The notes: a model not told the origin generated them from the sequence alone. Positions 18,117-27,270 are shown, counted from the stretch's first letter. The stretch: 55,019 bases of DNA from a virus (IMGVR_UViG_3300016484_001516:1-55019); one strand, 5' to 3'. Numbers and translations are program-made.

Positions 18117-18152
18117 AAAAAGAGGGCGCAAGATATGCTTGCCCCTCTTTTT
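18116..18152. terminator. Bidirectional intrinsic terminator ending the early operon
   Basis: AAAAAAGAGGG-CGCAAG...CTTG-CCCCTCTTTTT. Confidence 0.75.
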
Positions 18153-18161
18153 GTTTGGAAA

Positions 18162-18437
18162 TCAAAGTTGCTCTTTCCTAAATTTAATGATTTCAGTTAT
18201 CAAATTGGCAACTTTTAGCATAATATCCACAACTATCAAAGCATTTAGATGCACTGTTGCGTGCTGAATAGTTATTGCTATGGATATGATTCTCAATCCT
18301 ACACCTACAAGTTTCAAGGCATTTGACTTACTTTTAATTTGCCAAATTTTGATTATCGTTTCTGCGATAATTACCGAAATGCGTAGGTTGCTTTCCAATC
18401 CTATTGGATTTTTGAAAAATTTTATGATTTTTTTCAT
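18162..18437 (-). CDS. Small hydrophobic hypothetical protein (moron)
   Basis: 91 aa, Ile-rich with repeated LR/KI..I..II segments; minus-strand TACATTTG promoter element at 18725-18732. Confidence 0.45.
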   Translation of the reverse strand: MKKIIKFFKNPIGLESNLRISVIIAETIIKIWQIKSKSNALKLVGVGLRIISIAITIQHATVHLNALIVVDIMLKVANLITEIIKFRKEQL

Positions 18438-18438
18438 A

Positions 18439-18485
18439 AAAAATATAATAAATTTAAAAATATAATAAATTTAAAAATACAATAA
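18439..18485. repeat. 17-bp tandem repeat (~2.7 copies)
   Basis: AAAAATATAATAAATTT x2 plus a partial copy, in the leader of 18162-18437. Confidence 0.6.
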
Positions 18486-19076
18486 TATCTACCCCGACTA
18501 TTTTACAATAGTCGACCACCTCAATATAATTGAGTTATTGTTATTACCTTTTTAGGAGGATTCTCCGTTTCCATTTCATGTTAGTGAGCAGGCAGCTAAA
18601 AGATTTTTGATGCATCTTTCATTATCTGACTCCTATTTTTTGTGTGGTGGAGCGCGTTCTGTTTTTATGTTTGTCATGATAAAATATTGATAGATGATAT
18701 ATTTTTTTAATTAAAAATCTTGCACAAATGTACTAATAGACCTTGTAGATTGTATTTTTTGCCATTTTTTGCTCAATTTTTAAATATTACGCTCGTTGGT
18801 CGAAAAAGATATTTTACATATTTTCGTTTTCTTTGAAGTAGATTTACCACAAATATATATTGATATATTCTAGCTTTTACAAATCACATAATTTTTTAAT
18901 TAATTGATAATCATGTAATTATATATTATTTTTTTGCTATTGGTAAGAAAACCCCAAAAAAAATATCAAAAAATATTTAGCCGCATTTTTCAAAGATAAA
19001 AATTCACGTATTTTTGCTCGGAACGAGATTGGCGAATTTTTATGAATTTATTTATGCGTATGCGTCAATGTTCAAT

Positions 19077-19254
19077 TAGGCAACCTGTTTGAAAAATGGT
19101 GGAAATACTTGCTGGAAGTCGTAATCCTTGCCTTGTGTGGTCGTTACATTACATGTATTAAATAATAGGCAACTTGTTTGAAAAATAGCGAAAATACTTG
19201 CAAGAAATCGTAACCCTTAGCCTCTGTGGTCGTTACATTGCATATATTAAATAA
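19077..19254 (+). promoter_or_regulatory. 89-bp tandem duplication carrying ECF-like promoter copies 2 and 3
   Basis: TCGTAATCC...TCGTTAC at 19119-19147 and TCGTAACCC...TCGTTAC at 19208-19236. Confidence 0.75.
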
Positions 19255-19271
19255 TTAACAATCAATAAATT

Positions 19272-19604
19272 ATGCAAAATATACCGAATACATACTGGGT
19301 TAGACACTTCTTAATTTGTAACAATATCGCCAAAAATGTATGCAAAGGGTTCGGATTGGATATAGCGAATTTTGCAAGCGTAATAGAAAAAGAGCAAAAT
19401 GGCATGGAGGGAAATTTTCAAATGACACGCTTCTTTTGGGCTGCGGACATGACAATAAGCGAAGCAACACAAAGCGAAATCGGAATGGTATTTGAAGCCT
19501 TAGAGGAGGAAGATGAAATTGAAATCCAAACCCTAGCGCGATTAACGGAGCAGGAAATTGCGCAACTATATAGTGAGTATGTTATAGGGCGTGTGGTTAT
19601 ATAA
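19272..19604 (+). CDS. Small acidic hypothetical protein
   Basis: 110 aa, Glu-rich C-terminal half; own promoter and terminator. Confidence 0.7.
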   Translation: MQNIPNTYWVRHFLICNNIAKNVCKGFGLDIANFASVIEKEQNGMEGNFQMTRFFWAADMTISEATQSEIGMVFEALEEEDEIEIQTLARLTEQEIAQLYSEYVIGRVVI

Positions 19605-19647
19605 AAAAAACTTCGCAGTCGCATTTAAGCGACTGCGAAGTTTTTTT
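19604..19647. terminator. Bidirectional intrinsic terminator
   Basis: AAAAAAACTTCGCAGTCGC...GCGACTGCGAAGTTTTTTT. Confidence 0.85.
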
Positions 19648-19648
19648 G

Positions 19649-20317
19649 TTAAACGAATAAATTTACCTTATATCTAGTATTGAACTTATCTTTTATTACT
19701 TGGGATAATTTTAGTTCTCCCAATTCCGACATTTTCACTTTTATCAATCCTCCCTTTACCTCATTTACTGTTTTTCTGCCAACCTTTTTTGGCACATTAG
19801 CAACTGCATAAAAACAAAACTCCCCCGTTTCGATTAAATAATATAATTCTCTAAAATAATCGGGCATCCAATCCTCATACCTTTTGCGGTTGGCAACAAC
19901 TTTGTTTTCCCGATTTTCTATCCTTACCGCATAGCCGCAGGAAAAACCATCTTTACTATAAAAGCCCTCTTTAAATGACTGTATCTTTTTAATATCCCGT
20001 TTCGCCGTCCCTACATTTATCTCTTTAAGTATTCCCTTTACCTTGGTCGCTATTTTTATTTCGGAACAAAGAAAATATTTATTTGTTCTCATAATAGTAA
20101 TGTCGGGTTTTACCGTTACGGGTAAAAACTGTAAATTGTGACTAAGATATATTTGTAAATTTGCGTATCCATCAATAGTAGGGCGCAGGTGATGGTAAAA
20201 AGAAGCACGACAGTCTTCTTCTATTTCTATTCTATCAAGTTTGTAATCTTCTATTGTGTGCCTAAAAGCATCAATAAAAGCAACTTCTAATGTTTTTAGA
20301 TGTAGTGTTGTTTTCAT
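19649..20317 (-). CDS. Predicted PD-(D/E)XK nuclease
   Basis: EEDCRASFYHHL helix, KPDITI, SEIK, RDIKKI. Confidence 0.6.
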   Translation of the reverse strand: MKTTLHLKTLEVAFIDAFRHTIEDYKLDRIEIEEDCRASFYHHLRPTIDGYANLQIYLSHNLQFLPVTVKPDITIMRTNKYFLCSEIKIATKVKGILKEINVGTAKRDIKKIQSFKEGFYSKDGFSCGYAVRIENRENKVVANRKRYEDWMPDYFRELYYLIETGEFCFYAVANVPKKVGRKTVNEVKGGLIKVKMSELGELKLSQVIKDKFNTRYKVNLFV

Positions 20318-20504
20318 TTATGTTTGTTAATTAATCATAGGGAAATTTGTACGACCACACTTAATAAATGTTTTAGCATTTATAAAAATTATTATAAATG
20401 AATTATTAATAATTCAGAAAATAAAAAATAATGTACTAATAATCAAACTAATACGGATTAAATTTTATTTTTAATCCAACAAATGAATAACAACATACAT
20501 ATAT

Positions 20505-20540
20505 AAAAGAGGGGAGCTGCTATTGCAACTCCCCTTTTTT
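20505..20540 (-). terminator. Intrinsic terminator after the Shedu operon
   Basis: AAAAGAGGGGAG-CTGC...GCAA-CTCCCCTTTTTT. Confidence 0.65.
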
Positions 20541-20757
20541 ATATGTGGTTATTTTCACTTAAAACTTTTTGCAGTTTCTGATAGACCTCCGCCCAAGTTT
20601 TCCCGTAAGTTCCATAACTAGCTGCTTTACTATCGCTCCTATAACAAATGCCCTTTTGTTCGTCTGTCTCAACCACAATTTCAAGATAGGCTTCCTCTTG
20701 TCTTGAATACGGTTTTAGCATATTAGGCACAGACTTTAAAAATTCGCTTTTAGTCAT
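20539..20757 (-). CDS. Small hypothetical protein downstream of Shedu
   Basis: 72 aa, 12 nt after the sduA stop. Confidence 0.65.
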   Translation of the reverse strand: MTKSEFLKSVPNMLKPYSRQEEAYLEIVVETDEQKGICYRSDSKAASYGTYGKTWAEVYQKLQKVLSENNHI

Positions 20758-20769
20758 TTGGTAAAATAT

Positions 20770-22044
20770 TTATTGTTTCAAAATAGATTGTAGGCTCTCT
20801 ATCTTTTGCTGCAATTCATCAAATGTAAGTATTTCCACATCCTTACTATTGCTTCTGTATAACTCAAAAGAGTGCTGTTGGTTTTTATCCAAACCTTTCA
20901 ATGAACCGACCAAAACAACACATTTAGAGTTGAAGGATTCAAAACCTCCGCGCTTTCCTTCGCTTTTAACCTTTAAACTATAAAATTCTTTTTGAAAATT
21001 ATCCCTCTGATTTAAGACTTGAACTACGCAACCCGTCAATTCTTTACTAGCACAAAATACATCTTCTCCCCTATAAGCATTCTTTTCAATCAATTTTGTT
21101 TTATGCGTTTTTATTTCTAAAAATGAAATGTTATTGCTTAGTTTATTCTTAATGAGAAAATCATTAAACTTACCATTTTGATTATCAATGCATTTGCCAC
21201 CTACATAGGCTTCTCTTTTGAATAAAATTATCGGTTGTGCAAATATTGAAGAGAAAATCCAACTATTTTCGTTCAAAAATTCCTGCCATTGTTTTTCCAC
21301 GCTTTCGGTTTCGTTTTTCAATGCCATAAGAGATTTGTATTTTATCAATGTTTCTTGAATATATTTTGTATCAATTATCTCTTTTGTTTTTGCAAGAGCC
21401 TCTATATTTAAAAAATCCGAGCCAAGCGATAATTTTTCAAATAAACTTTTAATGGCATTTTTATCATCTTCGGAAAATTCATCTATACTATTCCCCCAAG
21501 ATGCCAATGAAACAGCCAATGTATTTGGGGTATAAATGCCTGTTTCTTTCGCAACGATAGTTGGAAATAATGAATGGAGAAGAGTTTTTGTAGTGAAAGC
21601 AATATCCGCTTTTTGCTTCTTATATACTGCACTAAATGTGTCATTTAGTAATTTTAATGCTTCTTCATTCAAATACAATACTTTATTTGCTAAATCCAAC
21701 TCGGTTTTACCCTTTCTCTCAATAAATACTTCTTCAATGTCAAAATTTTCGTTAACATAGTAACTAAATGGGTTCAACGTTTTTGTGAAGCCCCAACCAT
21801 AAGAAACAGATTTTATTACGCCAACAGGGAGGTTTTTGTTATCCTTATATCCTTTATAAACAAATTTTCTGATGGTTCTATACTTCTCGCCACCTTCATA
21901 TCCACGCGGATAATGAACAATTATACCTGTTTTTTTATGTACCTCATGGGATATTTGTTTTATGCCAGCGGCACTATCATAGTAGTAACAAACCTTTTTT
22001 CCCAATCCATCGGCTTCAATTTTTTCTCCTTTAAATTCTTCCAT
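20770..22044 (-). CDS. sduA: Shedu anti-phage nuclease (DUF4263)
   Basis: EKQWQEFLNENSWIF, REAYVGG, DFLIK, FLEIKTH, YR, ELTGCVVQVLNQR, ILTFDEL. Confidence 0.88.
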   Translation of the reverse strand: MEEFKGEKIEADGLGKKVCYYYDSAAGIKQISHEVHKKTGIIVHYPRGYEGGEKYRTIRKFVYKGYKDNKNLPVGVIKSVSYGWGFTKTLNPFSYYVNENFDIEEVFIERKGKTELDLANKVLYLNEEALKLLNDTFSAVYKKQKADIAFTTKTLLHSLFPTIVAKETGIYTPNTLAVSLASWGNSIDEFSEDDKNAIKSLFEKLSLGSDFLNIEALAKTKEIIDTKYIQETLIKYKSLMALKNETESVEKQWQEFLNENSWIFSSIFAQPIILFKREAYVGGKCIDNQNGKFNDFLIKNKLSNNISFLEIKTHKTKLIEKNAYRGEDVFCASKELTGCVVQVLNQRDNFQKEFYSLKVKSEGKRGGFESFNSKCVVLVGSLKGLDKNQQHSFELYRSNSKDVEILTFDELQQKIESLQSILKQ

Positions 22045-22469
22045 AAAATTAAATATTGTAACTTAATTCCAAGTTATTAATGACAACAAAGGTGGTCGAG
22101 GTCAACAGAGTCGTTATAGTATGCTCTTTTGACAAGAACAAAAATAAATTATTATTTAACAATATACAAATATTTATAATATATTAATTATTTTTAATAT
22201 CAAAAAATAAGAATAATGTACTAATAATCAAACTAATACGAATTAAATAAATTTCTCATTTATGCTTCATAAATAAAAGGTCATTAAATTTTTTTTATTT
22301 TTTTGTAAAATCAAAAGAAAGCATATTATATTTGTGGCGGAAGCCCCGTTACTATTTTTATCAATGGTAATAAACAACATTAAGCAATTTTTTGAAATAC
22401 ATTTAAAAATTGTTTAGGGGTTTGTTTTTATTTAAAATAATACAATATATTTGTAAATCCTTATCCATT

Positions 22470-22976
22470 ATGACAGAGAACGATATTAAAGAAGACATTT
22501 CGAGAGGTTATATCGGGCTTATAGCCAGCCGAGCAGGTTTTTATCCTGTGGAAAGTAAGAGAGATAATGGTATTGATGTTCGTTACACTAAGACTTTGCC
22601 CAGAACAGGTAGAGGTCATGTTGAACAAACTCTTTATATTTGTTTACAACTAAAAGCAACTACCGAAAAAAGAGTTTCCATTACGGATAAAGAGATAAAA
22701 TACTCGTTAGAGGCAAAAACATACAACGATTTAGTAACCACAGCAGGAGGATATCAACCAATAATTTTGATATTGTTTGTTCTTCCCGAAAATAAAGATG
22801 AGTGGGTGATAGTAAAGAATAACGAAATGGTGGTGCGGAAATGCGCTTATTGGTTTAAAATAGATGAAAACGAAGAAATCACAGATAATGATTCTGCTAA
22901 AACTATCGCTATACCCAAAATAAACTTAGTTGATTTAAATTTTTTCCCTAAAATCTATAATGCACTTCAAAACTAA
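22470..22976 (+). CDS. DUF4365-family PD-(D/E)XK nuclease
   Basis: RDNGIDV, LQLKATT, YSLEAKTYNDL, PIILILFVLP, RKCAYW; TATATTTG elements at 22327 and ~22446. Confidence 0.78.
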   Translation: MTENDIKEDISRGYIGLIASRAGFYPVESKRDNGIDVRYTKTLPRTGRGHVEQTLYICLQLKATTEKRVSITDKEIKYSLEAKTYNDLVTTAGGYQPIILILFVLPENKDEWVIVKNNEMVVRKCAYWFKIDENEEITDNDSAKTIAIPKINLVDLNFFPKIYNALQN

Positions 22977-24034
22977 TGAGCCTAAAAGTAAAAAATATAA
23001 GGTCTTTTCTTGAGCATCGTGGTTGGAAGCTTGTTAGAAATGGAAGTAGTATTGTTGAATACAAGCCTCCAAAAGGATTGGGCATTTCAGAAGGCTATCT
23101 TTTTCAAGTGCCTGTAAACGAGCATAAAAAAGGCTTCGATGATTTTGTTAAACGACTGATAAACATTCTTGTAAATATCTATGAAGATGAATTTACAGAA
23201 GATGATTTGATGATAATATTTTCATCTGATAATTCTATACTTAGTTTTAGAATTTCGGATAATGATACTCAACATGGTAGCATAAAATTGTCAAGGGTGC
23301 GAACAAACATTGATGGTATTTATAAGGTTTTGCAGCAAATTGTGACTTTTATCAGCACAGGAAAACCAATATTTGGTAGCGCAAAGAAAGAAGTAGGTTC
23401 TTATTTGGATAGTTGCCGTTATCTACAAACACAAAAAGGAAGTTTTATAACTAAATTTGAGCTACCTCTAATACCTGTAAATATTTTAGAGCCATCTATT
23501 GTAGCGGATAAGCTTTTTTACATTTTGGACTTTATAGTGGAAGAAGCAATCAATAAAGATATATTAGAAATTGATAATAATTATATCGAAGAACATAAAG
23601 ATTGTATAAATGTAGAACTTTTTATCGCAATCCATAATGTCTTTAAAATGGTAAAGTTTTCCAATGCTAGTTTGGCACTCTTAAATCAAACGCAAACAAA
23701 AAAGTTTGATATGCAACAGATTAATAAGAAAATTAATCATTTTGGAGAATTTACCAAAAGAGTGAAAGACCTTTTGTTGGAAGATGTTCCTTTGGAGGCA
23801 ATCGGGTTTGTTTATAACTTACATTCCAATGACCCCAAAGCATCGGGAGAAGTTAGTATTCAGGCTGAAATAGCAAATGAAAAGCATATTATAAAGGTGT
23901 TTTTGAAAGATGAGAATTATGGATTGGCGATAGAAGCGCACAAACTCGGTAGAAATGTTCGCATAAAAGGTATCGCAAAGCAAGCAAAAGAAAATTATTA
24001 TATCAAAGAAGCGGAGGAGTTCGAATATGCCTAA
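22976..24034 (+). CDS. Uncharacterised DUF4365 partner with probable C-terminal OB-fold
   Basis: Translationally coupled; FLEHRGWK N-terminus, QTQKGSFI, YGLAIEAHKLGRNVRIKG C-terminus. Confidence 0.7.
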   Translation: MSLKVKNIRSFLEHRGWKLVRNGSSIVEYKPPKGLGISEGYLFQVPVNEHKKGFDDFVKRLINILVNIYEDEFTEDDLMIIFSSDNSILSFRISDNDTQHGSIKLSRVRTNIDGIYKVLQQIVTFISTGKPIFGSAKKEVGSYLDSCRYLQTQKGSFITKFELPLIPVNILEPSIVADKLFYILDFIVEEAINKDILEIDNNYIEEHKDCINVELFIAIHNVFKMVKFSNASLALLNQTQTKKFDMQQINKKINHFGEFTKRVKDLLLEDVPLEAIGFVYNLHSNDPKASGEVSIQAEIANEKHIIKVFLKDENYGLAIEAHKLGRNVRIKGIAKQAKENYYIKEAEEFEYA

Positions 24035-24104
24035 AACGGTTCTATCTTGCATTAAAAGGTCAGTTGTTGATATAAAGATATCAAGTTCTTTATGTTTCTA
24101 TTGA

Positions 24105-24139
24105 AAAACACAGCCAATCACAATGATTGGTTGTGTTTT
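24105..24139. terminator. Bidirectional terminator between convergent nuclease genes
   Basis: AAAACACAGCCAATCA/TGATTGGTTGTGTTTT. Confidence 0.75.
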
Positions 24140-24251
24140 ATTTTTACGCCAACTCAATCTCATACCCATCCACCACATATCTGCAAACGAATTACTTATA
24201 AATTCCCGTTCTTCCCCTATTATCAAAAAATCGTTTTCGTGTAGTGTGGGC

Positions 24252-25349
24252 TTATTGTATTTTTATTAAGTTTATAATGTCGTCAGAAATTTTAATTTCC
24301 GTACCATCATACTTTTTTAATACTCTTCTTTCCATATCTATCTCTATTTGCGGAATTTGATTTAATTCATTATTTTCATTAATATGAAAAAAATTATAAT
24401 AGTTGGTGTTAGTGGCTTTTACAATTCTGTAAATATTCTCCTTTTTAATAAGGCTAAAATCTGCAATTACAGCATTTTGTGGGAGACTTGTGGCTTCCAA
24501 TGGTTTGTAATATCGCGATTCAATCATGGGTCTCTCAAAAGATTGAAAACGAAGAGATAATAAAATTGAAATTTCCGTTAGTTTGAAGAATTCCCTCAAT
24601 TCGTTATCTATAACTAAGTATATATCTTGAAATTTGTTTATTGTAATTGGTATGTTATCCTCTAATCGCGTTTTTGCTACTTTATCAATGCCTCTAATCA
24701 TCATAGCAAGTTCCACTAGAGATGCTTCTTTCTTGTCAGCCTCCTGTAGAATAAATTCTTCTAAATTGCATAAAAGATGAAAGTTATCTTCTTGACGTGT
24801 GAAAAGTGCTAGAACTTTAATGTTATTGCTATTGCTATTGCTACAGTTGTATTCCTTACCATTGCTCTCCATTTTTATTTTATCTATCTCTATTTGTATT
24901 TCCAAATGGAGTTCTTGAACAAAACTAAAATCTAACCAATCTCCAATATTATCCATCTCTGGGACTTCGTATAGTCCAATTTTGTAATGGTTTGCTACTT
25001 TGATTGCTCCTTTCTGAAAGCCTTTTTTGCCTACTACAATTACTTGCTTTACTTCTGGAATATTATTATATTTAGTGACATATCCTTCCATTCTATCAAT
25101 GCTAACTTTTGAGCTTCTATAATCTTTGCATTCTATCGCAATAAAATAAGATTCTTTATTTGCATCTCCATCAGGCTTATTAACCTGAATTAAAATATCT
25201 ATTTGCCTGTTGTTCCCTAGTTTATCCACTAAGTAGGCATCTTTTCCATAAATTATTTTCATATTAGGGAAACGTTGCAATGTTAATTCGATACTATGTA
25301 TCAAAACTTCAAAACCTTTACCACTGTGATTATTTTTTAATTTTGCCAT
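24252..25349 (-). CDS. Mrr_cat-like restriction endonuclease with unknown C-terminal domain
   Basis: GKGFEVLI, RQIDILI, IAIECKDY..KVSIDRMEG, VGKKGFQKGAIKVA..YKIGL. Confidence 0.82.
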   Translation of the reverse strand: MAKLKNNHSGKGFEVLIHSIELTLQRFPNMKIIYGKDAYLVDKLGNNRQIDILIQVNKPDGDANKESYFIAIECKDYRSSKVSIDRMEGYVTKYNNIPEVKQVIVVGKKGFQKGAIKVANHYKIGLYEVPEMDNIGDWLDFSFVQELHLEIQIEIDKIKMESNGKEYNCSNSNSNNIKVLALFTRQEDNFHLLCNLEEFILQEADKKEASLVELAMMIRGIDKVAKTRLEDNIPITINKFQDIYLVIDNELREFFKLTEISILLSLRFQSFERPMIESRYYKPLEATSLPQNAVIADFSLIKKENIYRIVKATNTNYYNFFHINENNELNQIPQIEIDMERRVLKKYDGTEIKISDDIINLIKIQ

Positions 25350-25602
25350 AAAAGTATTTCTAAATTTAATTGATAATATTAGTTGAATCGAATGTAAACC
25401 ATTAAACGTAAAACTAAAATAAAAGGTCTACATATATTTACTATTTTTATATTTTATAAAATTAAAAAGTCGAAGAGTGCGACTGCATAACGCGAACTTC
25501 TACCTCTTGTCCCTCCCCTAATACTTGTTCTAATAATGGGTTGATTGAAGTTAGATTTTTTTTGTACTACTTTTTTCATTGTATTTAGTTGATAATGAAC
25601 TG

Positions 25603-25863
25603 TTAGTTAATATTTTCAATTTCATAGCCCTCCGCCATAATCTCCGCAAACGCATTGCGCATAAATTCGCGTTCTTCCTCCTCTGTACTATTTGCCCAAT
25701 CCACAATAAGCGTTTTTTCCTGCCTATTAATATCTACTAAGTAATAGTCGCTCTCTTCAAGCGCGAGCTGGGCGACCGCAAGCTGATATTCTAAGAAGAA
25801 TCTCAACACTTCTAAAAAATCTGAAATCGCGCTAAATGTAATAATAAATCTTCCCTTGTCCAT
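25603..25863 (-). CDS. Small acidic hypothetical protein
   Basis: 86 aa from MDKGRF, Glu/Asp-rich; follows ECF-like promoter copy 4. Confidence 0.7.
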   Translation of the reverse strand: MDKGRFIITFSAISDFLEVLRFFLEYQLAVAQLALEESDYYLVDINRQEKTLIVDWANSTEEEEREFMRNAFAEIMAEGYEIENIN

Positions 25864-25902
25864 AAAAATTATACTTAAATGCTTGTTAATCAATTAAGTA
25901 AT

Positions 25903-26008
25903 GTAACGACACTTCCCGCCAATGGTTACGAATAATTGAGAGAAAAAAGAATTATTTATTTCGCAAAATAAATGCAAAAAGTCGTAACCTTTGCCCCCAC
26001 ATTCGTAA
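25903..26008. promoter_or_regulatory. Divergent pair of ECF-like promoters (copies 4 and 5)
   Basis: Minus TCGTAACCATTGG...TCGTTAC at 25903-25931; plus TCGTAACCTTTGC...TCGTAA at 25982-26008. Confidence 0.75.
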
Positions 26009-26044
26009 TGTCCATTAATTATTAACTACTTAACAATCAATAAG

Positions 26045-26398
26045 ATGGACACTAATAACAAACAACTAAAAAAGCTAAACGCATTACTTGAGCGCGTACA
26101 AGACGAGGCAGTTAAGCCGTTAGAACGCCTTACTCAAAATTTCTTAGGCAGATTTGAGTATGATTCTGAAATACTTTGGAAGGCGCAAAGAAAGGCTAAT
26201 ATGATTCGCCTAGCGAAATTCTCAAAATCAAAAGAAGAAATGCTTAAATATAAGGCTGACCTTGCGGAGAGATTACTTACAAGCAAAATCGCACAATCTT
26301 CTACCTCCGCAACTTCTAATCTAGCTTATACTTGGGACTTGGAATGCTGCCAATGGATGCACAGCGAACTTTCAAAAATTATTGAAAATTGGGAATAA
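26045..26398 (+). CDS. Hypothetical protein
   Basis: 117 aa, follows promoter copy 5; hairpin at 26406-26435. Confidence 0.7.
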   Translation: MDTNNKQLKKLNALLERVQDEAVKPLERLTQNFLGRFEYDSEILWKAQRKANMIRLAKFSKSKEEMLKYKADLAERLLTSKIAQSSTSATSNLAYTWDLECCQWMHSELSKIIENWE

Positions 26399-26456
26399 GA
26401 TTCCTGCGGGAGGCTCACAAATGTGGGCTTCCTGCCAAAAAGTAAATTAACTGATT

Positions 26457-26636
26457 ATGAGCAATTTATCATCTATCTACAAAAAAGCGCGAAAATTAGG
26501 CTTTCACAATTCTTACATGAAAGCGAGAGGCGACAAGGCAGCCAAAAGAAGCCGCAATAAGGGTATCCCCAAAACGAAGGCAAAACGCTACTTAGACAAA
26601 TTAATTCGAAAAGATTTTTTTGATTATGGCATTTGA
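26457..26636 (+). CDS. Small highly basic protein (59 aa, not in ORF track)
   Basis: MSNLSSIYKKARKLGFHNSYMKARGDKAAKRSRNKG...; AT-rich leader. Confidence 0.55.
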   Translation: MSNLSSIYKKARKLGFHNSYMKARGDKAAKRSRNKGIPKTKAKRYLDKLIRKDFFDYGI

Positions 26637-26784
26637 TAAAAATCCTAAAAATGGAATGGGCAGACCGCGTAGCAACTGGGAGGAGCGCAATTACTTACAG
26701 CCCAAATGCAAAAAACGCCGCCGCAAAATTGGCAAACAGCTTGTGCGCATCGCGCTTGATGAGCGTGAGAAAGACGAAAAATAG
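26626..26784 (+). CDS. Small basic protein (52 aa, not in ORF track)
   Basis: MAFDKNPKNGMGRPRSNW...KCKKRRRKIGK...; overlaps the previous stop and ends at a terminator (26781-26807). Confidence 0.55.
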   Translation: MAFDKNPKNGMGRPRSNWEERNYLQPKCKKRRRKIGKQLVRIALDEREKDEK

Positions 26785-26839
26785 CAGCCTAAAAAGCTGC
26801 TATTTTTCTTTCAAAATAAGTGAAAGAAGTTGCGAAAAG

Positions 26840-26868
26840 TCGTAACCATTGCAGTGTATGGTCGTTAC
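26840..26868 (+). promoter_or_regulatory. ECF-like promoter copy 6
   Basis: TCGTAACCATTGCAGTGTATGGTCGTTAC; lies in a ~70-bp near-identical duplication with copy 8. Confidence 0.78.
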
Positions 26869-26910
26869 ATTACATAGTTAAATTATTCAAAACCAATTAA
26901 TTATACTAAA

Positions 26911-27270
26911 ATGAGCAGCAAATTAAAAACCAAAACACACGTATGGAGCGCGATAAGCCCAATCACAAATGAACTTCACATCGGACACAAACAGCCAACA
27001 TTAGAACAGGCATTTTGGAACGGATTCGAATACTGCGGAGAATTCAGAAATTATACATTAAGCATGAGAGAGTGCAAACCTTGTGTGGGCTTTAACAACC
27101 CAAACGCATTCAAGTTCAGAATTCAATGGACAGACGCTGACGACCATCTTCTTGAGAAATATGTGGAAACGGAGGAGGAAGCGAATGAGATTATGGAAGC
27201 AATTACAACCTCAGATTGTTGGAATGAGATGAAGGAGATGTTAGAACTTTTAGAGTTTAGAACTTGGTAA
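26911..27270 (+). CDS. Hypothetical protein, acidic C-terminus
   Basis: 119 aa; hairpin/U-tract at 27279-27312. Confidence 0.7.
   Translation: MSSKLKTKTHVWSAISPITNELHIGHKQPTLEQAFWNGFEYCGEFRNYTLSMRECKPCVGFNNPNAFKFRIQWTDADDHLLEKYVETEEEANEIMEAITTSDCWNEMKEMLELLEFRTW

Larger units (their letters stand above)
20427..22248. repeat. 37-bp direct repeats flanking the Shedu cassette
   Basis: AATAATGTACTAATAATCAAACTAATACG(G/A)ATTAAAT at 20427-20463 and 22212-22248. Confidence 0.85.

Noticed and set aside
26633-26845. 70-aa ORF from the track
   Set aside because: TTG start, and it runs through a terminator into the next promoter; the ATG frame 26626-26784 fits the cassette layout
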